Shown: positions 52,950 through 64,000 of the stretch, in pieces | Numbering within the stretch: position 1 is the stretch's first letter | Layout of the letters: every line of letters starts with the position of its first letter | NCBI GenBank assembly: GCA_951406725.2 | Contig: OX597814.1 | Location: 145,142,001-145,206,000 of the forward strand | Direction: 5' to 3' | Source: Octopus vulgaris | Lineage: Eukaryota | DNA length: 64,000 nucleotides | Made by a program: the position numbers and the translations under genes | The notes under the pieces: generated by a model | What the model was told of the DNA's origin: nothing | The model's database searches: none | What the model saw: only the letters and a program-made list of their open reading frames with translations

Positions 52950-53281
52950 TAATAGAAATGCTGTTACTGTGAACTCCGAGGGTTACATTGAGATGATAAA
53001 CAGCTTCTTTGTGCCTGAATTACGACTAAAACGTGTGCCTATTCGACGTGTGTGGCTTCAGCAGGATGGGGCGACGGCTCACACAGCCAGAACATCAATG
53101 GACGTAGTTCGCCCTCTGTTCGGTGACCACGTCATTTCCATGTTTGCTGACATTCCTTAGCCCCATCGGTTCCCTGAATTGTCCATACGTGATGATCTCT
53201 TGTGTGGAAACCTCAAGGCCCGTCTGTATGCGTATAATCCCCAGACACTGGACGATTTGAAGGAAGCTATTCGCGTGGAAG
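52950..53281 (+). mobile_element. Internal fragment of the same DD41D family as 11312-12657
   Basis: High nucleotide similarity to about 12093-12424; WLQQDGATAHTA. Confidence 0.9.
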
Positions 53282-54099
53282 CTTAACACCTGAAAGCTTA
53301 ACACCACCTTTCTCACATAAATCTTGGCTTCTTCCTTAGACAACCCATTTTTAAACCATCTCTTACTGTCAATTATGGTCTAGCAAATCAACGTCCACAT
53401 GATACACAAAATTTTCCCGTAATTATAATAATTCTCATAATCTTAACATGCAGTCACAGCGAAAAATATCACACATTCTCTGACTTTCTCCTTGTATGTC
53501 TGTCTAATTCTCTTTTATGCTCTCATAAATCTAGCATAAAGAGGAAGGCTCCGAAACATAAGACACTTTACTCTTCACAATAACTGAACAAACCAAACTT
53601 TTCTACAAACTCATATATTGATAAAAATACAGCCTAAAATATAGCTGATGTAAAAAAAAGGTGGGTACTATTTGAACATGAAAAGACAGCCACAGATATA
53701 ACACATTTTTTTTTACAGGAAAAGAATAATCGTCACTTACACCGACAGACCACCACGTGATAAATTCACCTACTAGGGCGGTATAATGTAAATAAGTAAC
53801 ATAACAAAACGAAAATATAAAACCAGTTTTTTTGTTTTTAGATTGAAAGTGTTTTTTTTCTTGTCTACAGCTTGCGTTAATTCTTATGATTTGACATGAA
53901 ATTTTTATGAAGTAAGATTTTCGTGTAGAAAGCATCACTTTTATTTGCAAAAAAGAAAAGTTAAATATTCAAACTTTTTGAGAAATAGCTGCCTATTTGA
54001 AAAAGTTTCCTTCAACCGCTATTACATTCGCTTTCTCTCTATACACACACATGCGCGCGTGCACACACACATTCAACCTGAAGAAAAAAGTATATGTAA

Positions 54100-54130
<31 letters not shown>

Positions 54131-55166
54131 CATACATACATACATACATACTGGTAGTATCAAAAGTTTCAATAGAAAATGAGAAGTGAAAGAAAAGCAT
54201 TCTTTACAGTCAATAAAGCTGAATGTTATTAATATTGTCTACTAGCAAAGTTAGGGGTACCTTATGTTCCGGAATCCATATTTGTTGACACTTATTTTAT
54301 TTCTTCGTTTGTTATAAATCTCTCATCAATTCCAAAGGAAATGCTGATATTAACTCGAGATCACATCGTTGCCATCTTGTTAAACTGTCATATGTTCAAA
54401 TTTGGCCAAATGTGTTTTTCCAATATATAATATGGTTGCAATAGGTAGGTTATTTTAGTCAAATTATCGTATCTCCAGCAGCTTCTGACGCCAAGATATG
54501 CAGTACAGTGGTTCAACATTTTTGAAAAGTTGAGTAAGTCCCACATACGACAGTTTTTCAAAAATATTTCTGACTGAAATTATCATGCATGCATAGAGTT
54601 ACGATTTTATTGCACCCAAATAGTATTATTGCTAAGATGAAACTGTCGCTAATGTAAAAAGAAATGGAATGGTGAAACTAACTTTTGTATAGTAGTAATG
54701 ATATGATTCAAAGTGACAGAATTGATCAAGGGACACGACTCCTGTTATACCTAGGTGAAAATTTCTTATTAAAATGTTGGTTTTATAGATTTTCTGGGCT
54801 GGCTAGTTGCCCTATGCTTGTTTGTTTATGGTGTGTGTGTTTGTGTGTGCGTGCGTGCGTCCGTGTGTTGGTGCAGTTAGTATGCATGCTTTGTATATGT
54901 GTCAAGTCTGTTATTGTTACTTACATATCAATTTGTAGATTGCTATGAGTATAGGTTGATGTGTGATGTGTGCGTGTGAGTAATATTAATTTATGATACT
55001 GAATAAGGTGCGTATGTATTGGTCGATGTTGAAGTTGTGTGGTTATTCCACTATATTTTCCTGCAGATAGGAAGTGGCATCAGATTACAAGCATCCTCTG
55101 AAGAGCTCACAATTATTGTTCAAATAGACTGTATATCATTAATCCCTGTAATATCTGGAAGTTCTG

Positions 55167-55374
55167 AAGCTGGCAGAAACGTTAGCATATAGGGCGAAAT
55201 GCTTAGCGATATTTCGTCTGCCGCTACGTTCTGAGTTCAAATTCCGCCGAGGTCGATTTTACCTTTCATCCTTCGGGGTCGATAAGTTGAGTACCAGTTA
55301 CGTACCGGGGTCAATTGAATCGGCTAGCCCGTCCCCCCCCCCGAATTTCGGGCCTTGTGCCTAGAGTGAAAAAG
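55167..55374 (+). mobile_element. Meta-domain tRNA SINE with target-site duplication
   Basis: B-box GAGTTCAAATTCC; AATATCTGGAAGTTCT (55150-55165) and AATATGTGGAAGTTCT (55375-55390). Confidence 0.88.
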
Positions 55375-55759
55375 AATATGTGGAAGTTCTCAGTTAAGCA
55401 AAGAGCACATGTCTTTGTTCTTCTGATATACGCGCTGGACCTATCTATAATATTCCAATTTTATGTGATATGGTATTCCTGTTTCTCTCAATTCCCATAC
55501 TCGCTTCGCAATTGCCTTGTTTTCCTGTTTTCTGAGTATAATCGTTGCCCACATATTTCTCTCCGATCTATGATTAGTTAATTTCAACTGGTGTTAATGA
55601 TGACTTCCAGCACTATAGATGCCTCTTTACATACTTGTTGTAGCGACACACTAACTATACATGTACATACACATACAGCATAAACAACCGTAGGACAACT
55701 AGCTAAACCACCAAATTACACATCTATAAAGTACCGCGATTCATCCTACGGGTTCAAAA

Positions 55760-56420
55760 CATTGTCTGTGCTGATCCTGGAAAAGTCAATGAGGCTCATC
55801 ACCAAAGTACTTCATGTGTCACACTGGCCTATCAGAACTGTGGTGTACGAAGACAATGAATAAAGGACATATGGACAGAAGAGAGGCCAATGCACGTCTG
55901 GAAAAATACAAAAACACTATCTGATCATTGCCAAGTGGTTACATAACAAGGTTAAAACGCCTCTCAGTATGGTATGCTTTTCTTCTTTGCTGATGAGAAA
56001 ACCTTGATCAATACCAAAGGTCTACCAGGTGAAATGAAAGAATAGTTATGTGCAAATCATTTTCTGATATTCACAGAGTGGTGCACACTATGTTTCCAAC
56101 GACTGTGATAGTTTTAAGAGTGATGAGTAACAAAGATCATGGCATACCACCTGGCATCTTGCAGGCTCTCAAAATTAATGCCGCTGATTAAGTTAGATGT
56201 GCTGAAGGCCGCTGTTAAGCACTGGATTGATGACGCACGTTCAAGAAGGCCATACAGGTTTCAACAAGATTCATTTTCATCTCGTAAAGTCCACATTATC
56301 ACACTACCAAGGAATAGATGTCAGACGATGTTTACGATCATGTAACACCAAACATGTGGCCTCTAAATTCTTCAGATTTAAATCCCATTGATTCGATGTT
56401 GAAAGGGAGACTAATAGACA
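55760..56420 (+). pseudogene. Highly decayed Tc1/mariner transposase
   Basis: VKHWIDDARSRRPYRFQQDS and HVTPNMWPLNSSDLNPID motifs. Confidence 0.65.
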
Positions 56421-58383
56421 TCGGGGTACCTCCATTAGCTTTCGTTACAGAATTCCGTACAATGGAGGCAAGTATAGTTTGAACACAAAAAAGCACACAT
56501 TTTGCATCGTCATTTTCATGTCCAAATACATATTTTCCAAAAATCATATATCATTTGAAAGTTCCGGATGTGAACTTTGCTCTCATATCGTGTTAATTAA
56601 AATCTGACAATTACATATGTCCGAGTCCCTCAAACATCCGGTATTTCCCCGCATTTACAAAGTTTGTCCCGTTTTGCTTTTATTTATTTTTTTTTCACTT
56701 CTGAACGGCAGCCCCCTTGTTCTAGTTTAGTGCGCTCGAGCATCATAATTTGAGTTGTATTAAAATCATACTTGCATAAAGTGGAAGGCTTTCGCCTTTA
56801 TCTTGACATTAAAGTAGATGTGGTAAGGTCTGATAATCGTTACGAAATATAAAATTAAAATTTCACCGTTGTCACCGAGGACAAAATATTTTTTCAAGAT
56901 TTTTATAACAAAAGGAAAAAAAAAAATTCATGAAATCAATGTGGCCATTGATAAATCTGGCCGTAGTGTGGCGAAAAAGTGCAAAGTGAATAAAGAGGCT
57001 GGTATCTTCCCATCAATCTCTCTGTTTCTCTATGTATATGTGTGTGTTTTCTTTTCTTATGTGTATTTATGTACTAATTTCTATTTTAGATGATAAAATT
57101 AGTCCTCCATTGTATATCGATCATAAAATATAATGACCTAAAATGAGTTATAAATATGAAAATAATTAAAAAAATATTAAAAATAATAAATTGGAGTGTG
57201 ACGTACCCTACTTGCTATTTTCTATATTTTTGCGACGTTCGTTTTATTGATTATAATTGCATGAATCTATAGCTTGTAACCTATTCTTTTCCTCAGATGA
57301 TAAAAATATTGTTTTAATCATTTAATTTTGACAACCTCTTTACAATCTCAAAATTAGAGTAATCTCGTTGAACATGACTAAAGATAGGAAAGAAGAGATT
57401 CAATCGATAAATAAATTTCTTTTAATTAGTTACAAAGCCCACTGTGTTTCAGGAGAGAATTGCTATATCCGATTTAGTAGCTTTGATACATTAAGATAGT
57501 TTGTTTCTCTGGAGCTGGCTGAACAAACTGCTTAGCAACATATCCTCCGTCTTTACATTCTCAGTTCAAATTCTGCCGAGGTCAGATTTGTCCTCCATCC
57601 TTTCTAATAATTTAAATGAACTATTTTTGTTGTGTCTAGGGAGAGTCATTTGTTTCAATACACGAATTCGCATAAAGAATCTTTCAAACCAGAAGCAGAA
57701 ACGAAATGAGATATCTTTATTTTCAAAATATAATTAGAATGTCACTTAGGACAAGCAATTTGGTTTATTTCATTAATATCCAGTACAACGGCATATCCTA
57801 TCTCGGTTCAATATTTAGTTGTATAACTGCATGATTACCTTAGACTGTAACCCTAAAACTGTCAAAGAGAAATCCTAAACATATATTGCCATAAATAATT
57901 AATTTATTCAAGTTTTCCTTACAAGACAGAGCAATTATATTCACAAATTAATTGCCAAGTCAACACTTCCACATAATGTGAGGATGCATGGTTCTAAAGA
58001 AATGTGTACCCGCTGAGTACCTGCTTCGTGTCGATGTAATCGACTAACCATTCCTCTAAATTTTCAGGCATTATGCTTATAGTCTGAAGAGTTATTAACT
58101 AAAAGAGAATCGGATTCGATCCTTGTATCACTGTTTTACAGACCTGTGAAGTATTTTTCTTATTATAGGCAAAAACATATAATGTTTTGGGGAAGGGGCT
58201 AGTTGTGCATCGACGTCAATACCAACGCTCAACAGATATCTATTTAATCGACGTCGAAATGATGTAAGACGAAGTCCACCTCGTAGGAACTTCAACTCAG
58301 AATGTAAAGCTGGAGGCTTTTGTCCGGTGTGTTAACGATTCTGCCAGCTCGTAGCCTTTATGTAAGGTATATCACTAGATATG

Positions 58384-58705
58384 TGAAGGCACGTGGTTTA
58401 GTGGTTAGTGGGATTCGGCTCACGATCTTTAGGTTGTAAGTTCGATAACCAGCGGTCGTTGTGTCCCTCAACAAGACACTTTATTTCACGTTGCTCCAGA
58501 CCACTCAGCTGGCAAAAATAAGTAATGTTTGTATTTCAAAGGACCGGCCTTGTGTCACATCCTGTGTCACATTGAATCTCCCTGAGAGCTGTGTTAAATG
58601 TACACGTGTCTATAGAGTCTCCAGCCAGTTGCATGTTAATTTCACGAGCAGGCTGTTCCGTTGATCGAATCAACTGCAATCCTCGTCGTCGTGACCGACA
58701 GAGTG
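58384..58705 (+). mobile_element. tRNA-derived SINE (family of 26293)
   Basis: GAAGGCACGTGGTTTAGTGGTTAG ... AAGTTCGATAACC; shares the 3' GTTAATTTCACGAGCA ... CTCGTCGTCGT segment. Confidence 0.85.
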
Positions 58706-59054
58706 CCAAGTTTACTTGATATAAGACAATAGAAGAATGTTTAAATGGGAGTTGGGTCACCTAAAATCAGCACAAATATTTCCTTCAGACCGAACCAAGC
58801 ATTACCATTTTCAAGAAAGAAACACACATTAAATAAGGTAGTTTTGAGAAATCACAAAGCGTGATTAGTTATGAGTGGAACGTGTTTGATCACAGGTATT
58901 CGCAAACAGTATTGATTTGGAGCCAAAAGACAATCAAAGCAAGGTCTGAATTGTTTACACACACAGACGCGCACCCACATGAACACACACGTGCAGATAT
59001 GTATATATAGCTACCTCATATAGCTATTCTCAACGCTTATGTATATAAAACGTC

Positions 59055-59351
59055 GCCCTTTTTAAGCCTAGCCAGTCTCATGGTCCCGGTTTCCCGGTTT
59101 CTGTGGCGTATGTGTTCCCACCAGCTGGACGGGACGCCGGTCCATCGCAGCGTTACTCAAGAAACAATAAGAGAGAGTGAGAGAAAGTTGTGGCGAAAGA
59201 GTACAACAGGGGTCACTCCCCTGCCGGAGCCTCGTTTAGCTTTGAGGTGTTTTCGCTCAATAAACACACACAACGCCCGGTCTGGGAATCGAAACCGCGA
59301 TCCTCCGACCACGTGTCCGCTGCCCTAACCAATGGGACATTGCGCCTCCAC
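59055..59351 (-). mobile_element. tRNA-derived SINE (fourth family)
   Basis: Minus strand GTGGAGGCGCAATGTCCCATTGGTTAGGGC ... GGTTTCGATTCCC; body contains GATGGACCGGCGTCCCGTCCAG. Confidence 0.8.
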
Positions 59352-59403
59352 GCTCATGTATATGTACATATATAAATCATATATAAGTATGTGCACATAT
59401 AAT

Positions 59404-59440
<37 letters not shown>

Positions 59441-62400
59441 TATATTCATGATTAGTTCTGTATGTGTTGGCTTAATATAGCATCGTATCATCATGGTTAG
59501 AAAGAACACTATGATCATAGGTCTGCGTTATCTGAACTGACCTGCGTCTAGACAACAACAACAACATTACTACATGCAATAAAACATTCAACGTCTGTCA
59601 TTTTTATCTCCCTCCTGTAGATATACTATTAAAATATTTATTTTTTTTACGCTTGCAAAAGTTACTACTCTGTACTGAAACTGTCTATTTGAAGAAATGT
59701 TCGACGATAAAAATAAATTACAGTGGGTGAAGTTACCATCAGGATTGGAAAAAACCTGACATTTTAGACACTTGCTCTTCTTCAGAGGAGAAAGAATACA
59801 GGCAAGACATGGTTATGTGGTTTAAGGGGCTCGCCTTGTCACCAAGTGGTTTCGGGTTCATTCTCACTGCGCGGTACTTTGGGCTAAGAGGCTGATAAAA
59901 TAAGTTCCAGAGTTAAGAAAATAATCAAAGACAGAAGTGATCGTCAAAGCTGAAAGAGAATAAATCCTAAATATTCTTAAAAACATAAATGCCGATGAAC
60001 GTTAGTCTGCTAGATCGTACCTGATCTGGGGCTAAATATAAAAAACAAAAAACAAAAAAGAAACATGATATTCCCGCTGCTCACTATGATTCCTTATTGA
60101 CACGGAGATAAAACGAAACATGTTAGAATTAATGTATTCTCTTAACCATTCTGTCTAACTTTCGCAAAAAAAAACAAAGGTAGGAAGAAATCAATTACAT
60201 CGACCCCAGGGCTCGACTGCGAAAGGGGACATGCAAAGTCGACCACTGTAGGATTTGATGTCGGAACACAAAAAGCTAGAAGAAATGCAGTAAAGCATTT
60301 CGTCCGGTGTGGTAACGATTCTTTCAATTGACTACCTTCGTGTGTTCTTTTAGTGATGTAGTATGTGTTTGTCCGGTCAGTTACATAGTTTAGTAATCGT
60401 ATAGAATTTTCAATACAATACTTCATGTATTCACAGAAGAACAGTTAAGAGAATGTATGGGACTCTGAGATCTCTGCTGAAGATTATCTTAATGTCTCTA
60501 TGCATTTTTTAGTTCACGTGTTGCAGTTAAAAACGTATGACAAGGCAGCTACACAGTTGGTGTTTACAAACCAATAAAGAATCTGTATGTTGACACTTGC
60601 TGTGGCAGAAATAGCAACCAATTGCCTTAAATTCACCCAATATCTTAGGGGCAAAATATATACGTGTTAAAGACAATATGGCCACATTAGGAATGACTGT
60701 GGTCATGAGGTTGTTAGATCACGGCTGACATAGAGCTAAGCAACAACAAAACTTCTCACGTATATAATGTTCTCGTTCAATCAATGATCTCTGTGTTCAG
60801 TGAAGAGACTACACTGATTAGAAATTAAGTATCACAATCAAGGATATAACGCAGATCCACATTTTGGATCGACAATCATTGACATCTAATTAAACTTAGT
60901 CTTGTATCGTAATCCCATTCACGTCTAGGATGTTTATAGCACTATAAAGCATCACTGGTAATCTATTTTAATGACCGCAAAAGGATGAAAGGCTGAGTTA
61001 ACCTTGGCATAATTTGAAATATGATTATAAATGCCGTAAATAAATACCTCAAGGAATTTTTCTGCCCATCACATGTTTCACTCTAATTGAAGAGGAGAAA
61101 TGTAGAATATTTATTTCCCTCGTGCACTATTGTGATAATGATAAGTAGAAGTAATTAACGAGTTAGCAATATAATTTTATCTATGAACAGGCGATCAGCC
61201 CATTTGATTTAGGAGAGGGGCTTCTGTTTTGATGATAATAGTTTTCTCGAAGGTATTAGAGGCGTATGTGAAATGAAAGGGTAGAAACGGGAATCGAAAC
61301 AAATTAACGAATTCCTTCCTTACAGCATGTAAAACTTAGAATCATGAAAAATACAAAATTAAAATGGCACAATGTTAGGAAGAGTGAATTGCAACTTTAA
61401 TCATCATGTTATTTTAATTAGAAGCAGTGAAAAATTTTCGGCACTAAGAAACATAAAAAACACAATAATTCATATATGAAAAGAAAAATGAATTTTAATG
61501 ATTTTTTCGAACAAAGGATAATATAAGACCATAATTTGACATTTAAATGGAGATTATTTGCATAATACCAATAAAAACAGATTAAAATGTTATCTTATTG
61601 ATTATTTGCCTTTTCTAAAGATATTTTTAATTTAAATTTGTTTTCAGATTTTTCTTTAAGATTTTATTAATTAAAAATTAGAAGACCTTGTGTGAAATGT
61701 TAAAAAGAAAACCATTCTTATTAAATTTCAAGTAAGAATTACGTTATGCAGTTTTTTTTTGTACCGTGTAGCAACACACCTCTAGGGACTGCACATAACT
61801 AAGGCATGAATTTTACAGTCACGAGAACTAGCAGTAAATCATTCAGCTGTGTGAACGCCATAGCTCGACAGCAAATTATTTTGATAAGGGGAGTCCTGGA
61901 TACAAGTTTCGTTCTTGCCTTGTACTTATTCTATTACTTTTACATAATGCAACTGGTGAAGAATGATGTAGTTAGTTAAATATTTCCAATTAATCAATTA
62001 CTAGTTTACTGCATTTCTCATGTCGAGAGGGACAAGGCCGGTGCCTAATTTGATGCAGAGTAAATATTAAAAAGCAAAAACTGTATTTATAAAATACTAA
62101 TTTTTGGTTTTTCCCCAATTTTTCATAACTTACACCGATAAACAACGGGGAAAGAAACACACATAAGCGCTCTCATAAGGACAAACATATATACTCTTGA
62201 GATATAAATGCCTAGGCACGAAATTCGAGTTTTGGTTTGTTGTATTTATTGTATCACTTCTCAAAATGTGTAAAGAAAAAGTAGCAGATGTGCCAAAAGA
62301 GGTGGAATTGAGAGAAGTAAAGAAAGAGGAAAGATAGTCGGAAGACTAATATAGAGAGAGGTAAAAGAGAGAGAGGAGAGAGAAAGAAAGAGAGAGGAGA

Positions 62401-63257
62401 GAAAGTGAATGAGAAAGAGAGGGAAGAGAAATAGAGATAGCCAGCAGTCAATCAATAAAAAAAAAATGAGCCAATCAGTCAGGTGAATAGAAAGTAAAAT
62501 ATTGAAAAGATGAAAGAAAGTGGGCAAGTACCTGAGTAGAAGAGGTGGAAAAGAAGAATTAGAGCTCTTCGGTATAGAGGGGGAATTAGAGCGGTGACGT
62601 GATAAATAAAAGAAATATAGATGGTGAGCAAATGAAAGAGAATGAAAGATATTAAGACAATGAAATTAATTTATGATATGAAAGTGTGTATGATGGATGA
62701 TGACGTTTGGAAAAGGAGAAAAAACGGTGGAACAGACGTCTATTGGTAGAAACAAGAGACAGGAAAGAAACATAATGATATGAAGGAATCAGCGAAAATA
62801 ATGAAGGGGTCTGGGAATTGGGAGCATAAAAACTGAGTCGGCATTTCAAAATAAAGCAACAATTAACTGGAAGTGAAACTGATGAACAGAAAATGTTCGT
62901 TTTCGAAATGCAGAAAAAAAAAAAAAGCCTCGCTTAATTTTTCTTCCGTTTGTCTTTATTTTCTTTGCTACAAGTTTTGCTTATGTTTCTTGTGCTTCTT
63001 AACGTTGTTCCTGTACCCAATTAAAATCAAACATTTTTTGTAACAAAAAAAAGAAAGAAAAGAACACGAATAAGGTATTTTTGATGGGCTTTGTAACAAA
63101 TAATGATAGGCTTTGGATATTCGTGGTCCCTAGGAAGCATTTTTAGTGGAGTGCTAAGCAAGTTCTTACTACAATAATGTATGAGACACGCCGAGTTAAA
63201 TCAGATAGACACAAAAATACTACACATTGCTATGGATATAGTAAAATACATATATAA

Positions 63258-63472
63258 ATATTGGCTTCAAATCTTGGTACAAGGCCAGCAATTGAGGGGG
63301 AGGGGAGAAGTCGATTATATCGATCCCAGCACTCAACTGGTACTTATTTTATCGATCCCGAAAGGATGAAAGGTAAAGTCGACTCTGGTGGAATTTGAAC
63401 TCAGAACCTAAAATGCGTAAAATAGCGTTAAGCATGTTGCGCGGCTTGCTAACGATTCTGGCAGCTCGCCGC
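63258..63472 (-). mobile_element. Meta-domain tRNA SINE
   Basis: Reverse complement of the 55167-type SINE. Confidence 0.85.
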
Positions 63473-63474
63473 AT

Positions 63475-63996
<522 letters not shown>

Positions 63997-64000
63997 TAAA

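Overview
AT-rich, microsatellite-dense eukaryotic non-genic DNA. The SINE families and TE content suggest an octopus or other coleoid cephalopod genome (inference). I find no convincing host protein-coding exon, and most ORFs in the track are microsatellite or antisense artefacts. The window is a layered transposon landscape: (1) many tRNA-derived SINEs, including a tandem array and a recurrent dimer; (2) a complete DD41D and a decayed DD34D Tc1/mariner, a Chapaev3-type DNA transposon and a piggyBac relic; (3) RTE and R4/Dong fragments; (4) a young, near full-length CR1-group LINE (37553-43160); (5) a young Penelope-like element (PLE; RT motif GLYRDD plus C-terminal GIY-YIG, Hydra-clade-like) inserted as a ~2.46-kb-arm inverted repeat (43616-49339), with a hammerhead ribozyme in each arm. 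The most interesting signal is a family of short non-coding elements joining a tRNA-like Pol III head, an (AAT)n spacer and a minimal dimer-type hammerhead ribozyme (14828-14975, 33121-33580, 35150-35275). One copy pair has the same head-to-head, microhomology-joined geometry as the large PLE, making it a candidate PLE-mobilised ribozyme SINE. Other hammerhead variants and an unexplained 144-nt multi-helix, pseudoknot-capable sequence (63601-63744) sit in TA-flanked repeats. All calls were made by eye; no alignment or folding software was run.
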